Below, piece by piece: positions 51,186 to 60,861 of a stretch of 64,000 bases of DNA. The translations under genes were made by a program, and so were the position numbers. Under the pieces are notes generated by a model, which did no database searches, was not told where the DNA came from, and worked only from the letters and a program-made list of their open reading frames with translations. Source of the DNA: Phycisphaerae bacterium. Lineage in GTDB: Bacteria > Planctomycetota > Phycisphaerae > UBA1845 > Fen-1342. Position 1 is the first letter of the stretch; each line of letters begins with the position of its first letter. The stretch is taken from the NCBI GenBank assembly GCA_050115495.1, contig JASFQK010000014.1, positions 81,587-145,586 on the forward strand, written 5' to 3'.

Positions 51186-51956
51186 ATGCGACACGTGCTT
51201 GCGGGAATTATCGGCCTGCTGCTGCTCACCGGTTGCCAAGGGCTGGGCAGCCAGCAGAGGCTCTGGCTCGATCAGGGTGAACAGGCGTACGCCGCGGGCC
51301 AGTACACGCGGTGCATCGAGCAGCTCAGCCGCTTTCTGACCAGCGCCCCCAATACGCCGGAAGCGGAACGGGCGGCGTACGTGCGCGGACTCGCGCAGAT
51401 TCGCTCCGGCCGGCGGCTGGCGGGGCGCAACGATCTGAACCGCTGTGCGCAAACGGCGAGTAATACGGACGTGCGCTGGCGGGCACTCACCGTGCTGGGC
51501 ACTCTCGACTATGAGGATCAGCAATGGGGGACGGCGGGTCGGAGCTACGCCGCCGCCGCGCAGATCGCCCCGCGTCTGCCGCCGACGGACATCATCCTGT
51601 TTCGGCTGGGGGTTTGCTATGAGCGGACCGGGCAGTGGTCGTATGCGCTGATTCCGTACCGGCGGATTCTGACGGAGTTCCCGACGAGCAGCGTCGTCGC
51701 CGACGCCCAACGCCGACTTCAGCTTCGCGCGGACCATTTCTCGGTGCAGTGTGGCGTGTTCTCGTCGCAGGAGAACGCGCAGCAGATGGTGAACGATCTG
51801 CGCCGGCGGGGCTTCGACGCGCAGACGCGCGTCGAGCCGCGCGGCGGCGTGCGGATGAACGTGGTGCTAGTCGGCAAGTTCGCCCGGTACGACGAAGCGG
51901 TGCGCGAGTGGGACCGCGTGCGCAGCGTTGTGCCGAAGGCAGTGCTGTGGCCGTAG
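51186..51956 (+). CDS. Lipoprotein with TPR repeats and C-terminal SPOR domain
   Basis: LTGC lipobox; TPR-like helices; 'FSVQCGVFS..ENA......L...GF', 'V.VGKF...EA'. Confidence 0.82.
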   Translation: MRHVLAGIIGLLLLTGCQGLGSQQRLWLDQGEQAYAAGQYTRCIEQLSRFLTSAPNTPEAERAAYVRGLAQIRSGRRLAGRNDLNRCAQTASNTDVRWRALTVLGTLDYEDQQWGTAGRSYAAAAQIAPRLPPTDIILFRLGVCYERTGQWSYALIPYRRILTEFPTSSVVADAQRRLQLRADHFSVQCGVFSSQENAQQMVNDLRRRGFDAQTRVEPRGGVRMNVVLVGKFARYDEAVREWDRVRSVVPKAVLWP

Positions 51957-51981
51957 CCGCCGGCAACCCGGAGAAATCGCC

Positions 51982-52539
51982 ATGACCCGTGACGAAGCCT
52001 GGACCATCCTGTGCGAATACACGCAGAACGACTCGCTGCGCAAGCATGCGCTGGCGGTCGAGGCGGCGATGCGGCACTACGCCCAGCATTTCGGCGAGGA
52101 TGAGGAGCTGTGGGGCGTGGTCGGTCTATTGCACGATTTCGACTACGAGCGCTATCCGAATCCACCCGATCACCCGGCGGAAGGTGCCAAGATCCTCCGG
52201 GCGCGCGGCATCGACGAGGTCATCGTCGGGGCCGTGCTCTCGCACGCCGCGTGGAACACTGACGAGTACCCGCGCGACTGCCCGCTGCGGAAGGCGCTCT
52301 TCGCCGTGGACGAGCTCAGCGGCTTCCTGATGGCCTGCGCGCTGGTCCGGCCGACGAAGCTCGAAGGCCTCGAGCCGAAGAGCGTGAAGAAGAAGATGAA
52401 GACGCCGGCGTTCGCGGCGGCGGTATCGCGCGACGACATCAAGGCGGGGGCCGAGCTACTCGACATGCCCCTGGACGATCACATCCGGCATTGCGTCGAG
52501 GCCCTGCAAGGCTGCGCTGGGGAGCTGGGTCTCGCCTGA
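51982..52539 (+). CDS. HD (HDIG) domain phosphohydrolase
   Basis: LRKHALAVE, GLLHDFDYE, VDELSG, FAAAVSR. Confidence 0.88.
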   Translation: MTRDEAWTILCEYTQNDSLRKHALAVEAAMRHYAQHFGEDEELWGVVGLLHDFDYERYPNPPDHPAEGAKILRARGIDEVIVGAVLSHAAWNTDEYPRDCPLRKALFAVDELSGFLMACALVRPTKLEGLEPKSVKKKMKTPAFAAAVSRDDIKAGAELLDMPLDDHIRHCVEALQGCAGELGLA

Positions 52540-52643
52540 GTGGGCGAGGCGGCAGGTCCGAAAATCCCGCCGACCCTGGCGGACACTTCGTGACAACCAA
52601 ATAAAGCGGCTCGATCTGCGTTACCCAAGGATAGAGAGCGCTG

Positions 52644-53183
52644 ATGAATGTAAGTCCGGGAGCGGGCCGACCACTGGCCGCCGACGAGCGCGAGCTACTC
52701 GACCGGCTGATCCGTGAGTTCGGACCACGGCTCCTGGGGTACGTGCGGCGGACGTATGGCCCCCGGATCGACGCCGAGGAGATCGTGGCCGAGTCGTTCT
52801 GCCGGGCAGCGGCGAACATGCCGACGTTCAAGGCTTGCGATCGGCAGGATTTGTACCTGCTGACGACGGCGCGGAATCTGTGTCGGGACCGGTTCCGGCG
52901 GCAACGCGACACGGGGACGGGGGACGGCCTCGACCAGTACCCCGCGTCGATCGGCCGACCCGACAAATCGGTCACGCAGACGGAGCGGCGCGAGGCGCTG
53001 CTGGCGGCGATCGACGGCCTGCCCGTGGTGCAGCGTGAAGTTGTCACATTGCGGCTGTCGGGCACGCTGAAGTTTGAAGAAATCGCCCAGTTGCTGGGCG
53101 TGCCGCTGGGAACGGTGCTGTCCCGTATGCACGCCGGCCTGCAGCGGCTGAAGCAGAGATTGGGCAGTAGCGATGAACGCTGA
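52644..53183 (+). CDS. ECF sigma-70 factor
   Basis: Region 2 'DAEEIVAESF..', 'ARNLCRD..R'; region 4 'LP..QREV..L......F.EIA..LGVPLGTV.SR'. Confidence 0.9.
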   Translation: MNVSPGAGRPLAADERELLDRLIREFGPRLLGYVRRTYGPRIDAEEIVAESFCRAAANMPTFKACDRQDLYLLTTARNLCRDRFRRQRDTGTGDGLDQYPASIGRPDKSVTQTERREALLAAIDGLPVVQREVVTLRLSGTLKFEEIAQLLGVPLGTVLSRMHAGLQRLKQRLGSSDER

Positions 53184-53832
53184 CTTCCACGATGAACGGG
53201 TCGATCCGCAGGCGAAGGAATTGCTCCGGCTGGCCTGCGATGAGACCGGGCTGGCCGGGCCGAGCGACGGCCTGCGGGCGCGGCTCGAAGCGGACGAACG
53301 ACTTCGCACCGATCTCGAACAGAAGCGGGCGCTGGTCCGTGAGCTGCGCGATGCGCTGACACCCGAGCCCCTGCCCAGCAGTCTCCGTGCGGAAATCGAC
53401 CTGCGGCTCGATGAGCAGGCCGGCGGCACGCGAACGCTGGTTCTGCCCCCCTACCGCATCGCCGGGCTTGTTGCCGCCGCGGCGGCACTTGTGCTGGTCG
53501 TGCTCGCGCCGCCGAGCGTGCCGACGCAGACGAACGACACGGCGACTGCCGTCACGTTGACTGCGGAAGATGTGACGGACATCGCCGACGCCTTCGCGCT
53601 AATGGCCTGGAACGGCAGCGTGGACTACTCGCTCGAACAAGTGAGCGCCGACGTCGCCGACCTGGACGAGCGTCTGGAGCAGCGAGCCGAGGCGGGCGGC
53701 GGGCTGCCCTGGAGTGCTGATGATGACTGGGACGCCCCGCGTGAAGACCACGGCACGGGCCAGACAACGCCCCCCGCGGCCGACGAGATCTGTCGCGGCG
53801 TGCGTCCTGGCAAAGGAGTCACGAAATGTTGA
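53173..53832 (+). CDS. Putative membrane-anchored anti-sigma factor
   Basis: Overlaps the sigma stop; single TM segment. Confidence 0.6.
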   Translation: MNADFHDERVDPQAKELLRLACDETGLAGPSDGLRARLEADERLRTDLEQKRALVRELRDALTPEPLPSSLRAEIDLRLDEQAGGTRTLVLPPYRIAGLVAAAAALVLVVLAPPSVPTQTNDTATAVTLTAEDVTDIADAFALMAWNGSVDYSLEQVSADVADLDERLEQRAEAGGGLPWSADDDWDAPREDHGTGQTTPPAADEICRGVRPGKGVTKC

Positions 53833-54659
53833 GATGGGTGATTGCGGGCGGGTTGGTGTTGTTCGTAGCGTTAGTGGTGAACCCAGTGGTGGCGACCGAC
53901 CCACCGCCGCCGGCGCAGAATCCGCCGGCGGTAGACGAGCCACCTCAGCCGGAAGCGCCGCCGGCCGAAGTCTCGCCGGACCGTGAACCCGTCCCGCCAG
54001 CGCGGCGTCCGGCGGCGGGGCCGATCATGGGTCGAGGCGGACGCGGTGGCGTCGCGGTGGGCGGCGGGCGTCCAGGACTGCGACCGGAAGCGCCGCTGGG
54101 GCCGCTGATGCGGCTGTTGGCTGAACATCGGCCGGAGCTGGCGGAACGGTTGGAGCGGGTGCGGCGTGAGGATCCGAAGCGTTTCGAGCGGATTCTGATG
54201 GAGGCGCTGGCGCCGCGGATTGAGCGGGCACTCGACGAAGAGGCGGAAAGGCCGTTAGGACCGCGCGGCGGGCTGCTGCCGCCGGGCGAGCGTCCCGCGC
54301 CGCCGCCGGAGCAGGCGGAGTTCGAGCAGCGAATGCGAGCGTTGCATGAAGAGGAGGAGCACCTGGAGCGGCACTCGCAGGAGCTGGCGCAACGATTGCG
54401 CGAGCTTCGGCGGGATGACCCGAATCCGGAGGCCCGTGAGGGTCTGCGGCGCGAGCTGATCGAGACGATACAGCGGCATTTCGACGTCCGCGGCGAGTTG
54501 CGGCGGGCGGAGGTGCAGCAGATGGAGCGTGAGCTGCGCAACCTGCACGAGCGGCTGGAGCGGCTCCAGCAGGACCTGGAGCGTCGAGCGGAGCAACGAG
54601 AGGTGATCGTCCGCCGGCGGGCGCATGAATTGCTTGGCGAGGAAGGTGCCGGCTGGTAG
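53826..54659 (+). CDS. Secreted coiled-coil protein (Spy/CpxP-like) in the ECF cassette
   Basis: Signal peptide; Pro-rich linker; Glu/Arg-rich helices. Confidence 0.55.
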   Translation: MLRWVIAGGLVLFVALVVNPVVATDPPPPAQNPPAVDEPPQPEAPPAEVSPDREPVPPARRPAAGPIMGRGGRGGVAVGGGRPGLRPEAPLGPLMRLLAEHRPELAERLERVRREDPKRFERILMEALAPRIERALDEEAERPLGPRGGLLPPGERPAPPPEQAEFEQRMRALHEEEEHLERHSQELAQRLRELRRDDPNPEAREGLRRELIETIQRHFDVRGELRRAEVQQMERELRNLHERLERLQQDLERRAEQREVIVRRRAHELLGEEGAGW

Positions 54660-54836
54660 CGAGCGCGCGTCTGACATACTGTTCGGGCACGAACGTGTGG
54701 CGGCGGCCGGGACCGGCGGGTTCCGGCCGCCGCCGGTTTAGCGGGGGGAAGCGGCGTACGCCCTTGCCGCAGCGTGCGACGCGGGTTACAACCTTTCAAC
54801 GCTTGCGAACCAAAGTCGACAATGGAGCAACAGCGC

Positions 54837-56162
54837 ATGACCGCCGCGGACAAGCTCATTCAGAAGATTCGAGATCGGAAGGCCCTGGTGGGCGTGATGG
54901 GGCTTGGGTATGTGGGGCTGCCCCTGGTGCGCGAGTTCTGCAACGCGGGATTCCGCATGATGGGTTTCGACGTCGATGCGAAGAAGGTGTCGATGCTCCA
55001 GGCGGGGAAGACGTACATCAAGCACCTGCCGGCGAAGATGTTCCAGCAGTTCATGAAGGAGGACCGCTTCACGCCGACGACGGACATGAAACTGCTGCGC
55101 AAGCCGGACGCGATCCTGATCTGCGTGCCGACGCCGCTGGACAAGATGCGTGAGCCGGACATGACCTACGTCCGTAACACGACGGAGGACATCGCCAAGG
55201 TGCTGCGGCCGGGGCAACTGATCATCCTCGAATCGACGACGTATCCGGGGACGACGCGTGAGATCGTGCTGCCGCTGTTGCAGTCGAAGGGCCTGAAGCT
55301 CGACCGCGACTTCTTCCTGGCCTTCTCGCCGGAGCGCGAGGATCCCGGGCGGACGGACATCACGACGAAGGATATCCCGAAGGTGGTGGGCGGCGTTTCG
55401 CGGACGAGCGGCCGCGTGGCCGCGGAGCTGTATCGCGGCGTGCTGTCGCGGGTGGTGCCGGTGTCGGCGGCGGAAGTGGCCGAGGCATGCAAGATCGTCG
55501 AGAACGTCTATCGCTGCATCAACATCGCCCTGGTCAACGAGCTGAAGATGGTGTTCGACCGCATGGGCATCGACGTGTGGGAGGTGATCGAGGCGGCGAA
55601 GACGAAGCCGTTCGGGTTCCAGCCATTCTACCCGGGGCCGGGGCTGGGCGGGCACTGCATTCCGATCGACCCCTTGTACCTGTCGTGGAAGGCGCGGGAG
55701 TTCGGGCGGCCGACGCGGTTCATCGAGCTGGCGGCGGAGATCAACACGTACATGCCCGAGCATGTGGTGATGCGGGTGGGCGAAGCGCTGAACGAACGCG
55801 GCAAGGCGCTGAAGGGCTCACGCGTGCTGGTGCTGGGGCTGGCGTACAAGAAGGACGTGGACGACACGCGCGAGTCGCCGTCGGTGACGCTGATCGAACT
55901 GCTGCAGAAGCAAGGGGCGAAGGTCGACTACCACGATCCGTTCATCGCCGCCGGTCCGCAGATGCGCGAGCACAACATCACGCACATGCGCAGCGTGAAG
56001 CTGACGGCGCCGAATCTGAAGCGGTACGATTGCGTGCTGATCGCGACCGACCACACGGACGTGGATTACGACATGGTGGTGAAGCACGCGAAGCTGGTGG
56101 TGGATACGCGAAACGCGACCGGGCACAAAAAGCGGCCGGCCGGGCGCGTCGTAAAAGCATAG
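54837..56162 (+). CDS. Nucleotide-sugar (UDP-GlcNAc/ManNAc-type) dehydrogenase
   Basis: GLGYVGLP, ICVPTP, ESTTYPGTT, FSPEREDPG, GPGLGGHCIPIDP, GLAYKKDVDD.RESP. Confidence 0.93.
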   Translation: MTAADKLIQKIRDRKALVGVMGLGYVGLPLVREFCNAGFRMMGFDVDAKKVSMLQAGKTYIKHLPAKMFQQFMKEDRFTPTTDMKLLRKPDAILICVPTPLDKMREPDMTYVRNTTEDIAKVLRPGQLIILESTTYPGTTREIVLPLLQSKGLKLDRDFFLAFSPEREDPGRTDITTKDIPKVVGGVSRTSGRVAAELYRGVLSRVVPVSAAEVAEACKIVENVYRCINIALVNELKMVFDRMGIDVWEVIEAAKTKPFGFQPFYPGPGLGGHCIPIDPLYLSWKAREFGRPTRFIELAAEINTYMPEHVVMRVGEALNERGKALKGSRVLVLGLAYKKDVDDTRESPSVTLIELLQKQGAKVDYHDPFIAAGPQMREHNITHMRSVKLTAPNLKRYDCVLIATDHTDVDYDMVVKHAKLVVDTRNATGHKKRPAGRVVKA

Positions 56163-56176
56163 GGATCTCTCGGCGA

Positions 56177-56505
56177 GGCGCGCCCAGCCGGCTCGAACCG
56201 GCGGAGACATAAGCTCCGCACGGGTTGTTTGGGGCTGGGTTGGCCGCCAGGAAACGGGCCGAACGTAGTGCCGCTGGTCCTCAATGCGGGCAGCTTCGCC
56301 CCGCTACGAGGCACCGTTCGGCCGGCTGTCTCGGGACACGAACCCAGCCGTGATTGGTCACTCTTCAGGCGGCTGGCGCAGCGACAGGTAGGCTGCGAGC
56401 AGCCGTGTCTACGGAAGCTACCTAGACTATTGAAGCGCCGCTCATCGCAGCGCGTTCCCCACGCGACGCGCCGCCTGCTGCGGCGGTTGTCCTATTGACA
56501 TGTCC
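56177..56505 (-). ncRNA. Candidate structured non-coding RNA (family not recognised)
   Basis: No credible ORF, own promoter, several nested helices and a closing helix (see findings). Confidence 0.4.
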
Positions 56506-56511
56506 TTGTTA

Positions 56512-56540
56512 ATTATCAACTCCGCTAGCGCGAGAGTCAA
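56512..56540 (-). promoter_or_regulatory. Near-consensus sigma70 promoter firing into the non-coding gap
   Basis: TTGACT (56540-56535), 17-nt spacer, GATAAT (56517-56512). Confidence 0.7.
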
Positions 56541-56552
56541 ATCGAATTGCCG

Positions 56553-57779
56553 TCAGTCCGCGTGATCGGTCGCGGCTGGTGCACTCGTTTCGTCGTCACT
56601 CAGCGCGGCGTCAGCAGTGGATGCAGCGGCCTGCCGAGCCGCGCGACGCGCTGCAACGGCCTCCTGCCAGCGCTGCGCAAGATCGGCGGGGACGTCAGTG
56701 GTCGGCAATGGTTCGACCAATGAGGCGTCCCCTTCGCGGCTCTTCAGCAGGTGCGCGACGAGCCACGTTTGCTCCATGCGGATCGTGGCGTCGAGCGGCT
56801 CCGGTGTGATCGCGAACCGCGCACGCAGCCAGTCGACCGCCGCTGTCGGCAGCTTGCGGTCGGTGTGAATCGGCCCTTCTTCCAACCAGCCCTGTCGGAA
56901 AAGGAAGAGCTTCCATGAGCGGCGTCGTGATACGGGAACAGCGAGGAGGAAATTCAGCGCCTCGCCGCGATGCAGCAGTGGCAGCCAGCGGTCGTGCCAT
57001 TTCCACGAATACGCGAGCTGGTGCTTGATCTGGCCGGCGATCTCGAAACGCTGCTCGGCCGCGGCCTGCTTCATGCGGACCTTGGCTTCGTCGATCCAGG
57101 CGCGAACCTCGCCACTGGCGTAACGCCATGCGGCACGGCAGCGCTCGACGTAGTCGGACAGCGGGGCCGCGCCCGTGCACGGTGCCGGACAGCGGTTCAT
57201 CTCGGCGTAGGCGCAGGCCTGGCCGTGCGGGGCGCGCTGCACCTGCTCGGGGTAGCGGCAAAGGTCGAAGAGGTCCCACAGGCCGTCGAGGGCCTTCTGG
57301 CAGGTATCGTGCGTGAGCCAGGGGCCGACGTATTCGCCGGCGTTCTGCCAGATACGATCGGTGAGGCGGATTTCGGGGATGGGCCGCGACCAGTCGACGT
57401 GCAGGAACCACGCCGGCCCGAAGGAAATCAGCCGACGGTATTGCTTGGGGTACAGGCGGCGGGCCAGGCGGTAGTACCACCAACGACCCTCGAAAGCGGA
57501 GTGCACGTGTCGCCAACGAACGCCGCGAGTGATCTCGGCGAGATCGGCGCGGGCGGGAGCGGCTGCGTCTGCGCCCAACAGGCGGGCGATGGCCAGCCGG
57601 CGAAGGTCCTGCGTCGTGGCCAGTTGCACGGGGACTTTCTTCTCGGCCAGCAGGAGGTAGACGGCGGGACAGGCGGGCAGGCGGGCGAGCGTCTCGCGGT
57701 CCGGACGATCGGGCCAGAGCATCTCCTCGGGCAGTTCCTGGGTGACGAATTCATCCCCCACAGGCCCTTCAACGGACAT
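56553..57779 (-). CDS. UvrC-like protein with degenerate GIY-YIG N-terminus, Cys-rich region and UVR motif
   Basis: LPACPAVY, FDLCR...C.Y..M.RC.APC, M..AA....FE.A. Confidence 0.75.
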   Translation of the reverse strand: MSVEGPVGDEFVTQELPEEMLWPDRPDRETLARLPACPAVYLLLAEKKVPVQLATTQDLRRLAIARLLGADAAAPARADLAEITRGVRWRHVHSAFEGRWWYYRLARRLYPKQYRRLISFGPAWFLHVDWSRPIPEIRLTDRIWQNAGEYVGPWLTHDTCQKALDGLWDLFDLCRYPEQVQRAPHGQACAYAEMNRCPAPCTGAAPLSDYVERCRAAWRYASGEVRAWIDEAKVRMKQAAAEQRFEIAGQIKHQLAYSWKWHDRWLPLLHRGEALNFLLAVPVSRRRSWKLFLFRQGWLEEGPIHTDRKLPTAAVDWLRARFAITPEPLDATIRMEQTWLVAHLLKSREGDASLVEPLPTTDVPADLAQRWQEAVAARRAARQAAASTADAALSDDETSAPAATDHAD

Positions 57780-57822
57780 GCGCTGTCCCCCTTGGTGCCG
57801 GTCCACGAGCGCGGCCGGGCAC

Positions 57823-58296
57823 CTACATCGTCATCCCCATGATCTCCGCCTCAAAGACCATGGTACCGTTCACGTAACCCTGCGTGTAACAGCGGATGCG
57901 GCGCGACCGTACCTCGACCGTGCGGCCGATCACGACGTAGCGGCACGGGGGCTCGATGGCGCCGCGGAATTTGACCTCGTCGACGCCGACGAGGCCAACG
58001 AAGCCGCTGTGCTGAAACGCACGGTGCATCACGTAGCTGGAGAGCTGGGCCGCCGCCTCGATCGCCAGCACGCCGGGGAACAGCGGGCGGGCGGGGATGT
58101 GGGCCTTGACCCACCAGGCGTCTTCGCGAACGTCGTGATAGCCCGCGAACGTGCCATTCTGCTCGTCACAGAACAGCACGGCGTCGAGGAGCTCGAACTC
58201 GTGGCGCTGCGGATTGGACCGCAACACCTCGGTGTGATCGGCGAGGGGGTGGTCGAAATCAAGAATGTCAAGATCGAAAATCGGCGGTGGCGGCAT
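57823..58296 (-). CDS. 3-hydroxyacyl-ACP dehydratase FabZ family
   Basis: NPQR.EFELLD, H.P..PLFPGVL.IEA.AQ, VKFRG.I.P. Confidence 0.85.
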   Translation of the reverse strand: MPPPPIFDLDILDFDHPLADHTEVLRSNPQRHEFELLDAVLFCDEQNGTFAGYHDVREDAWWVKAHIPARPLFPGVLAIEAAAQLSSYVMHRAFQHSGFVGLVGVDEVKFRGAIEPPCRYVVIGRTVEVRSRRIRCYTQGYVNGTMVFEAEIMGMTM

Positions 58297-58363
58297 GATC
58301 TTCCTTGTGTCCGGGCTGAACGCGTCCAGGCCGCACCGCCGAGACCGCGCAACCGGGCGATGA

Positions 58364-58579
58364 TTACGTCGGATCGCCGGGGTTGGACATGCTCTGGTTC
58401 TGCGCCTCCTCGGCCTCGCGCAGGTCCAGCACACGTTTGCGCAGATCCTGGGCAGTGTTCTTGATGTCCTGCATGATCTTGCGGACGCGCGTTCCCGCCG
58501 CCTTGTTGCCGCCCACGGCCTTGTACACGTCGTCGGCGACCTCGTCGACCAGCCGCTTGAGTTTGAGGTATTCCTCCAC
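58364..58579 (-). CDS. Histone H1-like Hc1 family nucleoid protein
   Basis: GGAG RBS plus GTG; 'K...GNKAAGTRVRK.MQDIK..AQ.LR'. Confidence 0.8.
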   Translation of the reverse strand: MEEYLKLKRLVDEVADDVYKAVGGNKAAGTRVRKIMQDIKNTAQDLRKRVLDLREAEEAQNQSMSNPGDPT

Positions 58580-58776
58580 GTCGTTCTCCGTCAGAGCAAT
58601 GCGGAGACCGGCCGCCGCCGGTAACCGCTTCCTGGCTCGCCAGCCCACACGCGGCAGGCATCCTGCCCCATGGCAACTACGGGCAACTGGGCAGGTTCTA
58701 GCAGCCTTTTGCCCGAATTGCAAGGGCCCAACCGGACGGCAACCGACGGTCGGACCGGCGATATAATCGGGTCGCC

Positions 58777-60219
58777 ATGGCCGACCCCGACGCCGCACGG
58801 CTCGAACACATCCGCGACCTCATCGCCCACCTGCCCCGGACTCCGGGTGTTTACCTGATGAAGGACCGGGACGGCGTCGTGCTGTACGTCGGCAAGGCGC
58901 GGGAACTGCGCAGCCGGGTCGCCAGCTACTTCCAGGAGTCGGCGGACCTGCTGGGGACGCGCGGGCCGGAGATCGCCAACATGGTCACGCGGGTCGTCGA
59001 CATCGACTTCCTCGAATGCGAGACGGAGGTCGACGCCCTGCTCACCGAGAGCCGGCTCATCAAGGACATCCAGCCGCCCTGCAACGAACGGCTCAAAGAC
59101 GACAAGACGTTCCCCTACCTCGAAATCACGACGCGCGACGACTTTCCGCTGGTGCGTGTGACGCGGCAGCCGCGGCTGAAGGGCAGCAAGCTATACGGGC
59201 CGTTCATCAGCGCGGCGGGGCTGCGCGATGCGCTGACCGCGATGCAGAAGGTGTTCAAGTTCCGGACGTGCGAACTGGACGTCCGCGAGGCCGACGAGCA
59301 GCGGCGGTTCTTTCGCCCCTGTCTGCTGCACGCCATCAACCAGTGCTCGGCGCCGTGTGCGGACATGGTGTCGCGCGAGGCGTATGCGGCGGATATTCGG
59401 CGGCTGCTGCGGTTCCTCAACTCGAAACGCAGCGCGGTCATCCGGCAGATGCAGAAGGAGATGCAGGAGGCCGCGGCGGAGCATCGGTTTGAGGATGCGG
59501 CGACGCTGCGGGATCGGATCAAGGCGATCGAGTCGCTGTCGCTGCAGGGGGACGTCGACGATCACGTGCAGCCGGAGGTCTTCTTCATCGATCCGCGCGC
59601 GGGGCTGGAGAAGCTCCAGCGGCTGCTGGGGCTGCCCGAGCCGCCGCGGATCATCGAGGGGCTGGATATCGCCACGCTGCACGGGGAGGCGTCGGTCGGC
59701 TCGCTCGTGTGCTTCATCGACGGGAAGCCGTACAAGGCCGGCTATCGGCGGTTCAAGATCAAGACGGTGACCGGCGTGGACGACTACGCGATGATCCGTG
59801 AGGTGATCGTGCGACGGTATCGGCACGCGGCGATCTCTGAGGAGCTGTTTCCGGATGTGATCCTGATCGACGGCGGGCTGGGGCAACTGCACGCGGCGCT
59901 CGAAGCGTTCGATCGGCTGCATGAGGCGGTCGAGCTGGATGGGGCGCGGGCGGCGCGGCCGCCGATGGTGGTGTCGCTGGCCAAGCGCGAGGAGCTGATC
60001 TACGTGCAGGCCCGGGCAAAGCCGCACAAGCTGGCCCGCAACAACGAGGCCCTGCGCCTACTTCAACAGGTTCGCGACGAGGCGCACCGGTTCGGGCAGC
60101 ATTACCACCACCTGCTGCGGCGGAAGAAGGCGTTCGACGAGGATGTGCAACAGGGCCGCCGACCGCCAGCGCGACGGGGGAAGAAGAGCCCGCCGCCGCC
60201 GGCGGAGCCGGAAACGTAG
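58777..60219 (+). CDS. uvrC: Excinuclease ABC subunit C (short form)
   Basis: PGVYLMKD..G.VLYVGKA, UVR motif, IEG.DI, YRRF.I, LIDGG.GQ, RDEAHRF; no HhH tail. Confidence 0.92.
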   Translation: MADPDAARLEHIRDLIAHLPRTPGVYLMKDRDGVVLYVGKARELRSRVASYFQESADLLGTRGPEIANMVTRVVDIDFLECETEVDALLTESRLIKDIQPPCNERLKDDKTFPYLEITTRDDFPLVRVTRQPRLKGSKLYGPFISAAGLRDALTAMQKVFKFRTCELDVREADEQRRFFRPCLLHAINQCSAPCADMVSREAYAADIRRLLRFLNSKRSAVIRQMQKEMQEAAAEHRFEDAATLRDRIKAIESLSLQGDVDDHVQPEVFFIDPRAGLEKLQRLLGLPEPPRIIEGLDIATLHGEASVGSLVCFIDGKPYKAGYRRFKIKTVTGVDDYAMIREVIVRRYRHAAISEELFPDVILIDGGLGQLHAALEAFDRLHEAVELDGARAARPPMVVSLAKREELIYVQARAKPHKLARNNEALRLLQQVRDEAHRFGQHYHHLLRRKKAFDEDVQQGRRPPARRGKKSPPPPAEPET

Positions 60220-60363
60220 TTGGCGTGGGGTGGCGTTGGGGCGGGGTGTGTGGTATCAGGGAGTCCGGCTGCCGCCCGGTTGGGGTGGCGGCGGGTGGAA
60301 CACACCTTCATCGGACCAGGAGAGCAATGAGCCCCGGAACAGGGCAGAAGGGCAAGACGCTCG

Positions 60364-60759
60364 GTGAAGAAGGTCCCGGACAGACTACGGCGCATCGTAA
60401 TCCCGACAGGCTTCGTTCTTTGCGCTCTGGGGGTTCTCTGCGCTCTGTGCGTTCTGGCGTTCTGGGCGCTGCGGTCTGACTGGACGCCGCCACGGATTGA
60501 GGAGAGCAAACGCATCGGCGATCGGATTCTCGAAGCGTGTGCGGCGTATCATGAGGACCATGGCAGGTATCCGGCGTCGCTCGATAAGCTGGTGCCGGAA
60601 TACCTGGATCGCATCGAACCGCCGGTCGCGGGGTCGAAGACGTGGCGGTACGGCGGGAACGATGAGGCATGCACGCTCACGTTCGGGCAGGGCGAACACT
60701 GCTATCCCTGCTGCTTCAGGAGTTGGCCGAAGGACAGCCAGTGGCACATGGATACTTAG
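60364..60759 (+). CDS. Membrane-anchored hypothetical protein (pilin/GspG-like motif)
   Basis: N-terminal TM segment; 'Y..DHGRYPASLDKLVPEYL'. Confidence 0.6.
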   Translation: MKKVPDRLRRIVIPTGFVLCALGVLCALCVLAFWALRSDWTPPRIEESKRIGDRILEACAAYHEDHGRYPASLDKLVPEYLDRIEPPVAGSKTWRYGGNDEACTLTFGQGEHCYPCCFRSWPKDSQWHMDT

Positions 60760-60861
60760 GCTCGCCCGTCAGTCCGGCCGGCGCACCAAGGATCCGCGTG
60801 CCGCGTGATCGGTTCAGAGCGGCGGGGGGGACCCGCCCTACCTTCTCAGGGAGGATTGTCC

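Noticed and set aside
56177..56505. tmRNA, RNase P RNA, SRP RNA or tRNA-Sec assignment
   Set aside because: No GAGGAAAGUCC, no SRP GGAAGGAAGCAGC loop, no GGGG...CCACCA ends and no tRNA cloverleaf; left unassigned.
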